DNA of 46,346 nucleotides from positions 1 to 46,346 of the forward strand of contig CAMCAC010000003.1 of the NCBI GenBank assembly GCA_945872305.1, given 5' to 3'. This document shows positions 26,917-36,904 of the stretch, piece after piece. This DNA is from Candidatus Kuenenia stuttgartensis. GTDB taxonomy: Bacteria > Planctomycetota > UBA11346. The translations under genes and the position numbers were made by a program. The notes beneath the pieces were generated by a model. That model ran no database searches and was not told the DNA's origin. It saw only the letters and a list, made by a program, of their open reading frames with translations. Position 1 is the first letter of the stretch; every line of letters begins with the position of its first letter.

Positions 26917-28391
26917 TCCCGCGTCTCGACCTGCGCGGGTTGACCAAACGCTACGGCGCCACCACGGCGCTGGCGGGGGTGGACCTGACCGTGCACCCCG
27001 GCGAGGTCCATGCCCTGGTCGGCGAGAACGGCGCGGGCAAGAGCACCCTGATCAAGATCCTGGCCGGGGTCGTGGCCCCGGACGCGGGAACCATGGCCAT
27101 CGATGGCCGGCCCTGGGCCGGGGCGGATCCCGCCGCCGCCCGGGCCGCCGGCATCGCGGTGGTCCACCAAGAACTGGCCATCGCCCCGGACCTGTCGGTG
27201 GCGGACAACATCTGCCTGGGCCGCTGGCCCGCAGCATCGGGCTGGCTGCGCCGGGGGGAGCGGGACCGCATCGCGGCGGAGGCCCTGTTCCGCCTCGGCC
27301 ACGACCTGCCCCTGCACCGCCGGGCCGGGAATCTCGGCCCCGGGGAGCGGCAACTGATCGAGATCAGTCGCGCGCTGCTTTCGGCGCCACGGATCCTGAT
27401 CCTCGACGAGCCCACCTCGTCCCTGACCCGGGAGGACGCCGAGCGGCTGCTCGGCACGATCCGCCGGCTCGCCCGGGAGGGCGTGGCGGTGATCCTGATC
27501 AGCCACTACCTGGAGGAGGTCTTGGATGTGGCGGACCGTTGGACGGTGCTGCGCGACGGCGCCGCCGTGGCCCGGGGGGCGACCACCGATACCGATGCGG
27601 CGACCCTGGTCCGGCACATGGTCGGGCGCAGCGTGGCCGAGGCCTATCCCCGGGTGCCCCACACCCTGGGGGATCCGGTGCTGGTCCTGGACCGCATCCA
27701 GGCGGCGGGGCGGCCGGCGGTGTCCCTGACCCTGCGGGCGGGGGAGATCCTCGGCATCTTCGGCCTGGTCGGCGCCGGGCGCACCGAGACCCTGCGCGCC
27801 CTGTTCGGCCTGGATCCCGGCGGCGGATCCGCGCGGCTCGACGGCGCTGCGGCGCCGCGCCGGCCGGCGGCGTGGTGGCGGCGGGCCTGCGGCCTGGTGA
27901 GCGAGGACCGCAAGGGCGAGGGGCTGTGGCTCGACCGGTCCATCGCCGACAACCTGACCGCGACCCGGCTCGGGGCCTATGCCCGGGGCGGCTGGCTGTC
28001 CGGCGGCCGGCAGCGCACCGCGGCGGCGGGGTGGATCGAGCGGCTCGGGGTTCGCTGCCGGGATCCCCGCCAACCAGTGGGGGCCCTGTCCGGCGGCAAC
28101 CAGCAGAAGGTCGCCATCGGCCGGCTGCTCCACCATGGCTGCCGCATCCTGCTCCTGGATGAGCCGACCCGGGGCGTGGACATCGGCGCCAAGGCGGAGA
28201 TCTACCGGATGATCGGCGAGCACGCCGCCGCCGGTGGCAGCACCATCGTGGTGAGCTCCTACCTGCCGGAGATCCTCGGCCTGTGCGACACCGCCGCGGC
28301 CCTGGGCCGGGGCGGCCTGTCGCCGGTGCGCCCGGTGGCCGAGTGGACCGAGACGACCCTGTGCGCCGCCGCCCTGGAGACCGCCCGATGA
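26913..28391 (+). CDS. Sugar ABC transporter ATP-binding protein (RbsA-like, two ABC domains)
   Basis: Motifs GENGAGKST, LDEPT, EDRKGEGL, LSGGNQQK, DEPTRGVDIGAK; GTGA overlap with the upstream gene. Confidence 0.95.
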   Translation: MIPRLDLRGLTKRYGATTALAGVDLTVHPGEVHALVGENGAGKSTLIKILAGVVAPDAGTMAIDGRPWAGADPAAARAAGIAVVHQELAIAPDLSVADNICLGRWPAASGWLRRGERDRIAAEALFRLGHDLPLHRRAGNLGPGERQLIEISRALLSAPRILILDEPTSSLTREDAERLLGTIRRLAREGVAVILISHYLEEVLDVADRWTVLRDGAAVARGATTDTDAATLVRHMVGRSVAEAYPRVPHTLGDPVLVLDRIQAAGRPAVSLTLRAGEILGIFGLVGAGRTETLRALFGLDPGGGSARLDGAAAPRRPAAWWRRACGLVSEDRKGEGLWLDRSIADNLTATRLGAYARGGWLSGGRQRTAAAGWIERLGVRCRDPRQPVGALSGGNQQKVAIGRLLHHGCRILLLDEPTRGVDIGAKAEIYRMIGEHAAAGGSTIVVSSYLPEILGLCDTAAALGRGGLSPVRPVAEWTETTLCAAALETAR

Positions 28392-29431
28392 ATCCCGCCC
28401 GAGAACGGCTGGCCCGCATCCTCGATGCCGCTGGCCCGATCATCGCCCTGCTCGTGGTGGTGGCGGTGCTGCGCGTGACGGTGGGGCCGGACCTGCTCGG
28501 TTGGCGCAACATCCAGAATGTGCTGACCCAGGCGGTGATCGTCGCCACCGGGGCGGTGGGCATGACGGTGATCATCGTCGCCGGCGGCATCGACCTGTCC
28601 TGCGGGGCGGTGATCGCCCTGTGCGCCGTGCTCTGCGCCCGGGTGCTGGGCACTCCGCCGGAGCTCGGCCCCGACGCGGGGCCCATGGCGGCGTGGTGGG
28701 CGTGGCTCGCCGGCCTGCCGGACTGGACCGCGATCCCGGTGGCGGTGCTCGCGGGCGTGCTGGTCGGGCTGCTCAACGGCAGCCTGATCACCGGCCTGCG
28801 CCAGCTCCCGTTCATCGTCACCCTGGGCATGATGGGCGCCGCCCGGGGCGCGGCGAAATGGCAGGCGGACGAGCGCACGGTGACCTTCGACGCGCCCGCC
28901 CTGACCTCGCTCATGGCCCGGCCCCGGCCGCCGATGGCGGATGCCGCCTGGTGGGCGTGGGTGCAGGTGGCGCCGGCGGTGTGGATCCTGCTCGGCCTGG
29001 CGGTGCTCGCCTCGCTGCTCATGCAGGCCACGGTGCTCGGCCGGCAGCTCTACGCGGTGGGCTCCAACGAGGCCGCAGCCCGCCTGTGCGGGATCCGGGT
29101 GCCGTGGGTGAAGATCACCGCCTACGCCATCGGCGGCGCGTGCTTCGGCTGGGCCGGGGCCCTGAGCGCGGCCCGGCTCGCCGTGGGCGATCCGACCACC
29201 GCCGTGGGTCTCGAGCTCGACATCATCGCCGCGGTGATCGTGGGCGGCGCCAGCCTGGGGGGCGGCACCGGCACCGTGGCCGGGGCGGTGGTCGGCGCCC
29301 TGCTCATGGCCTGGCTGCGCAACGGCAGCCTGCTCCTGGGCTGGGCCCCCTACACCCAGGAGATGCTCATCGGCGGCGCCATCGTCGCCGCCGTCGCCCT
29401 GGACCGCTGGCGCCGGCGCGGGCGGGCGTGA
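28388..29431 (+). CDS. Sugar ABC transporter permease (RbsC-like)
   Basis: Motifs GGIDLS, PFIVTLG, YAVGSNEAAARLCGI, ELDIIAAVIVGGASL. Confidence 0.95.
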   Translation: MNPARERLARILDAAGPIIALLVVVAVLRVTVGPDLLGWRNIQNVLTQAVIVATGAVGMTVIIVAGGIDLSCGAVIALCAVLCARVLGTPPELGPDAGPMAAWWAWLAGLPDWTAIPVAVLAGVLVGLLNGSLITGLRQLPFIVTLGMMGAARGAAKWQADERTVTFDAPALTSLMARPRPPMADAAWWAWVQVAPAVWILLGLAVLASLLMQATVLGRQLYAVGSNEAAARLCGIRVPWVKITAYAIGGACFGWAGALSAARLAVGDPTTAVGLELDIIAAVIVGGASLGGGTGTVAGAVVGALLMAWLRNGSLLLGWAPYTQEMLIGGAIVAAVALDRWRRRGRA

Positions 29432-29437
29432 GCGGGA

Positions 29438-31813
29438 TCAGGGCAGCGTCACCGTCGAGGGGGTGGCGGTCACCGATTGGATCGCCGGAGGCTGGTTCCA
29501 CCACGATCCGGTCAGGACCGCAGCCGGGGCGCCTGGCCGGGTGAGGGCGACCCCGCGCTCGAAGGCGCCGATGTCCGGAGCGGAGCCGGTGATGGCGTCG
29601 TTCAGGGCCGAGATGGTCTTCCCGGCGACGGACCAGGCGGTGGCCGTCACCGCCTGGTCGACGATCGCGGTCGAAGCGGCGCTCGGAACCAGGGCATCGG
29701 GCATCGTGGATCCGCCGGTCAGGTTCAACCCCAGGGACGACAGGGCGCCGGAGGTCCCGTTCCCACCGACGTTGCGGGCCTTGGTGGCCGAGGGGAAATC
29801 ATCGATGGACTTGTAGTTCGTCAGCGACTGCTCGCACAGGAACAGGTTGTCGGTCAGCCAGGTCAGCGGGTAGGTCGCGGAGCTGTTCTCCACGGCGCCG
29901 AAGGGGCCATACACCACGGAATCCCGGGTCCGCTTCACGAGCACGGTGTTGTTGTGCACGATGTACTCGCCACTCGCCTTGTTCTGGAGATGGATGCCCC
30001 ACTCCACGCCCCAGATCGCGTTATGGTGGACGATCGCCCGCCCGGCATAATCCAGGTATACGCCGCCGACGGTGTAGGCGCCGTTACCCGGCACTCCGTC
30101 CACATCCGGCGAAGCGTCGTGCAGCCAGTTGTGGTCGATGCGCTTCCAGCCGAAGTCGTCGGCGGTGTAGATCGCCCCGCAGTCCCAGTCCTGACGGCCG
30201 AAATCACTGATGTCGTTGCGGGTGATCCGGGCCCGCCAGGCGTTGGCCGGGTCCGACCACAGGGCGACATCGCTGATCCACAGGTAGCGGGGATTCAGTC
30301 CCGACCGCCCGGTGTTGCGGATCGTGTTGCCCCGGATGCCGTGGTCCTGGCTCACGGTCACCGGGTCGCCGGTGGTGCTGTAGCCCGCGACACCGGTGTG
30401 GATGCCGGCGGTGTCGCTGGGGATGCAGCCGACCCCCTCGATGAGGTTGTCCTCGATCCGGTTGCGGCGACCGATCACCGACACCCCGTTGCCCGCGGAC
30501 CAGCGGATGCGGGATTCACGCAGGAGATGGTCGCTGCCGCTGATGACCACCCCGGAACTCTGGCCCCACTGGGTCATGAAGTGGCCGCTGGCGTCCGTGT
30601 ACCAGGAGGGATAGCGGACATCGAGCCGCTCCAGGATGCAGTTGCTGGAGGTGGCCAGTCCCCCGGCGCCCCGGTGCGGGTAGGCGACCTCGACGATCCC
30701 ATCGATGGCAGCCCAGGTGCCGGGGGCGTACTGATCGTAATCCCCATCAAGACGACCATCGTTCGTCCGGTAGCCGATATTGTCGCCACCGCTGTCCTTG
30801 TCGGTGGTCACGCCGGCGGCCACGATCCGGAAGCCACGCACCGTGATGTATGACCGGCCCGACAGGTCGAAGGCGAAACGACGGGCGCGGACCTCGACCC
30901 GGCCTGCGGGACTGCGTCCGTCGGGGGCCCACAGGTACAGGGTGCCGGTCTGGGCATCGTGGTACCACTCGCCAGGGGCATCGAGCAGGGAGAGGTCGTT
31001 CCACAGCCAATAGCGGCTGCGCGGGTCGTAGACCGTCTGGCTGAAGTCCTTGCCTGAGCCGCTCGGCGAATGCAGGGTCAACCGGGTGCCGCCGCCGGCG
31101 CGGTCCTGGGATCCCGAGACGATCCCGGTCAGGATCCAGCTCCAGGCCTGGTCGTTGGGCTGGACCAGGATCTCGGCCCCGCGGTAGCCATTGGCGCCCC
31201 GGGCCGGCAATTCGGCATCGTCGACCACCGCCGTGGTCCAGCCGGGCCAGGTGGCGGCGGTGGTGGAGATGGTGTTCTTGCTGACGAAGGCCTCGGTGAC
31301 CGCCTTGGGCGGCCGGGTCGGATCGAGCAGGTCGGTGGCCCCGGCGCTGCTGTTGGGCCACCGGGCCAGGGCCATCATCCGGTCGTCGCAGAGGACGATC
31401 ATCGTCTCGTTGCCGACCTGGGGATCGGCGATGCGGGCGGTGCTTGACGAGAGGATGTCCCGCATCCGGGCGCGGGAGAACCCGGTCGGCAGCGGGGCCT
31501 TCCAGATCGAACCGCTGTGCACCGTCCAGCCGCTGACCGGATCGGCACCGCTCACCGTGACCGCGGCGCCGTCTGCGGCGCGCACGGTGATCCGGGCCAG
31601 GGCGGTGCCGGAACGGGGGAATACCACTGCCTCGCGGTAGATGCCGGACCGGACCGTGACCGTGTCGCCGGGCAGTGCCGCATCCACACCGCGCTGGATG
31701 GTCCGGAACGGGGCGGTGGCGCTGCCCGGGGCGGTGTCGTCGCCGATGTCTGCGACATGGAACTCCGCCGTGGCGGCGGGGAGGAGGGCGGCGAGGGCGA
31801 TCAGGCAGCGCAT
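29438..31813 (-). CDS. Secreted right-handed parallel beta-helix protein (DUF1565-like N-terminus; probable carbohydrate-active enzyme)
   Basis: Signal peptide; GDDTAPGSATAPFRTIQ, PGDTVTVRSGIYRE, LDAPGEW, DCGAIY, IDHNWLHD, GVYLD, PDIGAFE. Confidence 0.85.
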   Translation of the reverse strand: MRCLIALAALLPAATAEFHVADIGDDTAPGSATAPFRTIQRGVDAALPGDTVTVRSGIYREAVVFPRSGTALARITVRAADGAAVTVSGADPVSGWTVHSGSIWKAPLPTGFSRARMRDILSSSTARIADPQVGNETMIVLCDDRMMALARWPNSSAGATDLLDPTRPPKAVTEAFVSKNTISTTAATWPGWTTAVVDDAELPARGANGYRGAEILVQPNDQAWSWILTGIVSGSQDRAGGGTRLTLHSPSGSGKDFSQTVYDPRSRYWLWNDLSLLDAPGEWYHDAQTGTLYLWAPDGRSPAGRVEVRARRFAFDLSGRSYITVRGFRIVAAGVTTDKDSGGDNIGYRTNDGRLDGDYDQYAPGTWAAIDGIVEVAYPHRGAGGLATSSNCILERLDVRYPSWYTDASGHFMTQWGQSSGVVISGSDHLLRESRIRWSAGNGVSVIGRRNRIEDNLIEGVGCIPSDTAGIHTGVAGYSTTGDPVTVSQDHGIRGNTIRNTGRSGLNPRYLWISDVALWSDPANAWRARITRNDISDFGRQDWDCGAIYTADDFGWKRIDHNWLHDASPDVDGVPGNGAYTVGGVYLDYAGRAIVHHNAIWGVEWGIHLQNKASGEYIVHNNTVLVKRTRDSVVYGPFGAVENSSATYPLTWLTDNLFLCEQSLTNYKSIDDFPSATKARNVGGNGTSGALSSLGLNLTGGSTMPDALVPSAASTAIVDQAVTATAWSVAGKTISALNDAITGSAPDIGAFERGVALTRPGAPAAVLTGSWWNQPPAIQSVTATPSTVTLP

Positions 31814-31886
31814 GCCGGTATCCGCAGCAGGGACGGGGCCGTAACGGAGCCGATCCGATGACCGCCGACGCGGTGGTTGAGACGGT

Positions 31887-32705
31887 TCAGCGGCCCGACA
31901 GCCAGGAGAGGATCCGCTCGCGATGGGCGCGCAGGCCGATCAGGAATTCGCCGAACTCGGCGAAGCGGGAGCTGGCAGGGTCGAAGCGCATGTCGGTGAC
32001 CAGCTTCTTGAAGACCATGGGGTCGTCGGCGTGGAGATCCACGCCCCACTCCCAGTCGTCGAGGCCGATGGCGCCGCTGATGATCTGGTCCACCTGGCCG
32101 GCGTAACGGGCGCCCAGGCGGCCGTGGCCGCGCATGTAGGAGCGCCGCTCGTCCAAGGGCAGGGCGTACCAGTTCCAGGTCTCGCCCCGGCGCTTGGACA
32201 TGGGGTACCAGCAGACATGGCTGCGGGCGGGAATCGGGCGGAACACGCGGTCGTTGAGGGCCTGCTTCTGGACCTCGGTCTCGGCGGCGACCGCCTGGGC
32301 GTGCTCGGGGGTGCCGGGGGCGATGCCGCGCCGGGCGACCACCTGGGCGGCGATGCCGGAGGCTTCGTACAGGCTGGCCTCGACCACGCTCAGGAACGAG
32401 CCGGTGGGGCGGAGGAAGCCGTGGAAGTCCAGGCGCCGGAACGCCGACTGGGCCTCCTGCAGTTCGGCGGCGGTGCGCCGGTAGATGATCACCAGGAGAT
32501 CCGCCTTCTGGCCGATGGTCAGCCAGGCGCCGGCGTCGCCGCCGGTCTTGGCCGCCTCGATCCAGTCAGCGAACACCGCCGCGTGGTGGTCCCGGTCGCG
32601 CTCCTCCAGGTGCCACCACAGGTTCTGGTCGAGCCGCCACTGCTCATGGAGGACGAACCAGCCGTCGACGGTCTGGGGGGCTTCCTGGGATTCCGTGGCG
32701 CTCAT
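31887..32705 (-). CDS. chdC: Coproheme decarboxylase (HemQ/ChdC), chlorite dismutase family
   Basis: WYPMSKRR, NWYAL, proximal His in MRGHG, YAGQVDQIISGAIGLDDWEWGV and MRFDPASSRFAEFG resemble Bacillus/Listeria HemQ. Confidence 0.85.
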   Translation of the reverse strand: MSATESQEAPQTVDGWFVLHEQWRLDQNLWWHLEERDRDHHAAVFADWIEAAKTGGDAGAWLTIGQKADLLVIIYRRTAAELQEAQSAFRRLDFHGFLRPTGSFLSVVEASLYEASGIAAQVVARRGIAPGTPEHAQAVAAETEVQKQALNDRVFRPIPARSHVCWYPMSKRRGETWNWYALPLDERRSYMRGHGRLGARYAGQVDQIISGAIGLDDWEWGVDLHADDPMVFKKLVTDMRFDPASSRFAEFGEFLIGLRAHRERILSWLSGR

Positions 32706-32707
32706 GC

Positions 32708-32730
32708 GCCGCACCCTAGCCGGGTGCGGC
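32708..32730. terminator. Perfect 9-bp hairpin between the topA stop and the chdC start
   Basis: GCCGCACCC-TAGCC-GGGTGCGGC. No U-tract; overlaps a putative -10 box, so its role is unclear. Confidence 0.4.
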
Positions 32731-32754
32731 GGGCGACAATCAGCGGACGCGGAC

Positions 32755-35412
32755 TCAGCGTTTCTTCGCAGGCGCCTTCGCCGGCTTCGCCGCGGCGGTG
32801 CGCGCGACCCACCGGCCGCCTTCCCACCACCACTGCTCGCCGGTGGGTTCACCGTCGCGTTCGGCCGAGAGATACTGGGCCTTGTCGGAGCGGCTGTAGC
32901 GGATCACCACCGGATTGCCTTTGGCGTCGGCCTGGGGGCCGTCCGCCAGGTGGTGGTGCTTGGGATCCAACTCCGCCCGGTGGGCGGCGAGTTCCCGCAC
33001 CAGCGGGTTGCGGGTCTCACGCACCTTCGGGTACAGGTTCGAGGCGAGGAAGATGCCCGCGGCGCCATCGCGGAGGACGAAGTGACCGCCCTTGGTGCAG
33101 GGCAGTTCCGGCATCCCCACCGGCTTGGCCTTGGGCGGGGCGGCCTCGCCGGAGCGCAGGAGCTTGCGGGTGTTGGCGCAGACGGGGTAGCCGGTGCAGC
33201 CGAAATACTTGCCGAAGCGCCCGGTCTTGAGCTGCATCGGCTTGCCGCACTTGTCGCATTCGATCGTCGGGCCTTCGTAGCCGCGGATGCGGAAGCTGCC
33301 GGTCTCGATCACCGTGCCGCCGCAGTCGGGGTTGCGGCCGCAGATGTGCAGCTTGCGGTCCTTGTCCACCAGCCAGGCGTCCATGGCGGTGCCGCACAGG
33401 TGGCAGCGCCGGCGGGCGCGCAGGTCCCGGGCGTCGGCGTCGCTGCCCTCCTCGCTCTCGCCGTCGTCCGAGGTGCCCACGGCCTCGTCGCCGCGCACCA
33501 GGTTGATGGTCGCGGAGCACTTCTCCTTGGGCGGCAGGTCGTACCCGGAGCAGGACAGGAACACGCCGGTCTTGGCGGTGCGCACGCCCATCTTCCGGCC
33601 GCAGGTCGGGCAGTCGATGTCGGTCGGGTGGACCGTCGCCCGCTCCATGGTCTCGTCGGCGGTGGCGAGCTTGGCCTTGAAGTCCTTGTAGAACGCGTCG
33701 AGGGCCTGCTTCCAGGGGCGTGAGCCCTCGGCGATGCGGTCCAGGTCCCCTTCGAGCCCGGCGGTGAAGCCGTAGTCCATGAGCTCCGGGAACGCCTGCT
33801 GAAGGCGGCCGGTGACGACATCGCCGAGCTTCTCGGCGTGAAACCGGCGGCCCTCCAGGCGGACATAGCCGCGGTCCTGGATGGTGGTGATGATCGCGCC
33901 GTAGGTGGACGGGCGGCCGATGCCTCGCTTTTCGAGTTCGGTGACCAGGGAACCTTCCGAGTAACGCGGGGGCGGCTTGGTGAAGTGCTGGGTCGGCTCC
34001 ACTGCCTTCAATCGCAGGCGCTCGCCGACGGTGAGCGGCGGCAGGGGCTGGTCCTCCTGCTTGGCCGGGGGCAGGACCTTCTGCCAGCCGTCGAAGCGCA
34101 GGACCCGGCCGCGCACCGCCAGCTCGTGGCGGCCGGCGCGGATGGTGGCCAGGGCGGTGTCGAACTCCGCCGGCGGCATCTGGCTGGCCAGGGTCTGGCG
34201 CCAGATCAGGTCGTAGAGCCGCTGGGCGTCGGGCTCCGCATCCAGATCGTCGGCGCGGACCGCGGGATCCGTGGGCCGGATCGCCTCGTGGGCCTCCTGG
34301 GCGCCCTCCTTCGAGGCGTAGCGCACCGGCTCCGCCGGCAGGTACTTGGCGCCGAACTGGCTCTGGATCCGGGCCCGGACCGCGGTCAGGGCGTCGGCGC
34401 TCAGGTTCACCGAGTCGGTACGCATGTACGTGATGTGGCCGGCCTCGTACAGGCGCTGGGCCAGGGTCATGGTCTTCTTGACCGAGAACCCGAGGCGGAT
34501 CGACGCCGCCCGCTGGAGCGACGAGGTGATGAACGGGGCCGAGGGGAACGAGCGCTGGGCCTTCTGCTCAAGATCGGCCACCGCGTACTCCGCGGCGTTC
34601 AGGGCCTTCACCGCCGCGTCGGCGGCGGTCTTGGAGGTCGGGCGGAACGGCTTGCCGTCCTCGCGCACCACCTGGGCCCGCAGGGGCTGGCGGCCGTCGA
34701 GGGCGGTCCACACCTCCCAATATTCCTCGGGGACGAAGGCGTGGATCTCGCGCTCGCGCTCGACCACCAGCCGCACCGCCACCGACTGCACCCGGCCGGC
34801 GGACAGGCCGCGGGCGACCTTGGCCCACAGCAGGGGCGAGACCTGGAAGCCGACCACCCGGTCGAGGAAGCGGCGGGCCTGCTGGGCCTCGACCCGGGGC
34901 ATGTCGATGTCGCCGGGGCGCTCGAAGGCCGCCTGGATCGCCGGCTTGGTGATCTCGGAGAAGGTGACCCGGCGGAAGCGGTCGGCGGGGCCGCCGATGA
35001 CCTCGCGCAGGTGCCAGGCGATGGCCTCCCCCTCGCGGTCGAGATCGGAGGCGAGGTAGACCGCTTCGGCCTTGGCGGCGGCGGCGCGCAGCTCGTCGAC
35101 CACCTTCTCCTTGCCCGGGACGATCTCGTAGCGGGCCTCCCAGCCGTGCTCGGGATCGACGCCCATGCGCCGGATGAGGGCGGTTTTCGCCTTGGTGGCC
35201 TTCTCGGCAGGGGTCAATTTGGTCTTGCCGGCCGCCCGGAGCTTGGCCTGGGCCTCCCGGGCCTTGGCCAGGGGGTCCTCCTCGGACTCGCCGCCGCTGG
35301 GCAGGTCGCGGATGTGCCCGATCGAGGATTTCACGAGGAAATCCTTGCCCAGGTACTTGTTGATGGTCTTGGCCTTGGCCGGCGACTCGACGATGACCAG
35401 GTATCGAGCCAT
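32755..35412 (-). CDS. topA: DNA topoisomerase I (type IA) with zinc ribbons
   Basis: Motifs [27 protein letters not shown], catalytic [24 protein letters not shown]; C4 ribbons. Confidence 0.98.
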   Translation of the reverse strand: MARYLVIVESPAKAKTINKYLGKDFLVKSSIGHIRDLPSGGESEEDPLAKAREAQAKLRAAGKTKLTPAEKATKAKTALIRRMGVDPEHGWEARYEIVPGKEKVVDELRAAAAKAEAVYLASDLDREGEAIAWHLREVIGGPADRFRRVTFSEITKPAIQAAFERPGDIDMPRVEAQQARRFLDRVVGFQVSPLLWAKVARGLSAGRVQSVAVRLVVEREREIHAFVPEEYWEVWTALDGRQPLRAQVVREDGKPFRPTSKTAADAAVKALNAAEYAVADLEQKAQRSFPSAPFITSSLQRAASIRLGFSVKKTMTLAQRLYEAGHITYMRTDSVNLSADALTAVRARIQSQFGAKYLPAEPVRYASKEGAQEAHEAIRPTDPAVRADDLDAEPDAQRLYDLIWRQTLASQMPPAEFDTALATIRAGRHELAVRGRVLRFDGWQKVLPPAKQEDQPLPPLTVGERLRLKAVEPTQHFTKPPPRYSEGSLVTELEKRGIGRPSTYGAIITTIQDRGYVRLEGRRFHAEKLGDVVTGRLQQAFPELMDYGFTAGLEGDLDRIAEGSRPWKQALDAFYKDFKAKLATADETMERATVHPTDIDCPTCGRKMGVRTAKTGVFLSCSGYDLPPKEKCSATINLVRGDEAVGTSDDGESEEGSDADARDLRARRRCHLCGTAMDAWLVDKDRKLHICGRNPDCGGTVIETGSFRIRGYEGPTIECDKCGKPMQLKTGRFGKYFGCTGYPVCANTRKLLRSGEAAPPKAKPVGMPELPCTKGGHFVLRDGAAGIFLASNLYPKVRETRNPLVRELAAHRAELDPKHHHLADGPQADAKGNPVVIRYSRSDKAQYLSAERDGEPTGEQWWWEGGRWVARTAAAKPAKAPAKKR

Positions 35413-35431
35413 GGATCCTCCGCGGGGGCGC

Positions 35432-35460
35432 AGTCAACCCACCGGCCCCCGGGCGGTCAA
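35432..35460 (-). promoter_or_regulatory. Putative sigma-70 promoter of topA
   Basis: Minus strand TTGACC-N17-TTGACT, followed by a GGAGG SD before ATG 35412. Confidence 0.5.
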
Positions 35461-35505
35461 GCCCGGCACCCTTGGCGGCGCCCGGGTGCCCCACAGGATG
35501 CCGGC

Positions 35506-36873
35506 ATGCCGATCCCGCCTCGCGATGCCGTCACCTTCCTCCTCGAACCGGAATTGCACATGCTGGCGGGGGTCAACGCCGCCGCGGCGGAGGGCCGGCG
35601 CAGCCGCATGCGGGAGTCCCCGGCGTCTTTTTACCGCGGTGCCAACGCCTTGAGCGCCTTGTGGATGGTCAACCACCTGCCGTCCTCGATCCCCTGGGTC
35701 TGGGCGGTGGGCGACGCCCATCCCGGCAATTTCGCCACCTTGGCGGTGGGCCCCCAGAACCGGGACGGCATCAGCCCGGTGCGCTTCGACGTGGCGGATG
35801 TGGATGACGAACACCCCGCCCCGTGGTGCTGGGATGCGGTCCGGCTGCTGGCCGGCTTCCGCCTGCAACGGCCCGACCTCACGGGGGATGAGCTGGGCGC
35901 CCTGGCCGAGGCCCACCTGGACGAATACCGGCGGACCATCGCCGACAACCGGGCTGGGGACCCGCGTTGGACGCGCATCGACCTGGACGGACTGCCGGAG
36001 CCCCTCAAGGCGACCATCGCCGAGGAGAGCCAGCCCAGCCGGCGGCAATCCCACATGGCTGAGCTGGTGGACGGCAACCGCCTGCGCCGGGGCAAGAAAG
36101 GCCATGACGCCGCCGGCAAGGACTGGCTGATCCCCACCCTCAAGGCGGTCTGGGCCCGGGGGGACATGCCGGACTTCGAGATCCAGGACATCGTCGAACG
36201 GCTCGCCGGCGGCGGCGTATCCAGCCGGGGCCGCCGGCGCTGGCTGGTCCTGGTCAAGGAGCGCGTGCGCGTCGAGGGTGAAGCCCGCTGGATCCAGCGC
36301 ATCGTCGAGCTGAAGGAGCGGCGCCCGTCGGTGCTCGCCCGCTGGGTGCCCGCCAGCCCGTTCCCGGCCATGGGCCGGGCGGCGGCCACGGTGCCCATGG
36401 GCCGGGATCCATTCCACGCGGTGGTCCCGGCCGCCCCGGACCCCCTGCTGGCCCGCTCCCGCTGCCACTGCCGCACCCCCATCGACCTCGCCGCCTGCGA
36501 TGACGGCGACCTGACCCGGGCCGCCCGGCTCTACGGCCAGCTCCTGGCCGCCTTCCACTGCCGCGGCCTCATGCACCTGGCGGTGGACCGCAACCCCCTC
36601 GCCGCCGCCGACAAGCCGGCGGCCAAGGATCTCGCCCGTTGGGCCGAGGCCCTGGCGGACTGGAACCGGGAGGCCGCCGCCGAGTTCGGGGTCGAGGGGG
36701 CGTCTGTGAAGGGATCGCCCAAGGCCAAGACCAAGGCGTCCCCGGCGAAGGCGGTCACCGCCCCGGCGAAGGCCGCGGACAAGCCCGCCAAGGCGGTCAG
36801 CGCGAAGGCCGTAAAGGCCGTGAAGACAGCAAATGCCAAGCCCGGCGGTGCCAAGGTGACCGCCAAGCGCTGA
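35506..36873 (+). CDS. DUF2252-family protein with a Lys/Ala/Pro-rich C-terminal tail
   Basis: Motifs RMRESPASFYRG, GDAHPGNF, FDVADVDD, PWCWDAVRL, GVSSRGRRRW, ELKE, YGQLLAAFH. Confidence 0.8.
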   Translation: MPIPPRDAVTFLLEPELHMLAGVNAAAAEGRRSRMRESPASFYRGANALSALWMVNHLPSSIPWVWAVGDAHPGNFATLAVGPQNRDGISPVRFDVADVDDEHPAPWCWDAVRLLAGFRLQRPDLTGDELGALAEAHLDEYRRTIADNRAGDPRWTRIDLDGLPEPLKATIAEESQPSRRQSHMAELVDGNRLRRGKKGHDAAGKDWLIPTLKAVWARGDMPDFEIQDIVERLAGGGVSSRGRRRWLVLVKERVRVEGEARWIQRIVELKERRPSVLARWVPASPFPAMGRAAATVPMGRDPFHAVVPAAPDPLLARSRCHCRTPIDLAACDDGDLTRAARLYGQLLAAFHCRGLMHLAVDRNPLAAADKPAAKDLARWAEALADWNREAAAEFGVEGASVKGSPKAKTKASPAKAVTAPAKAADKPAKAVSAKAVKAVKTANAKPGGAKVTAKR

Positions 36874-36904
36874 GTCCGGTCCCGCATCCGCCACCCGGGA
36901 CGGC

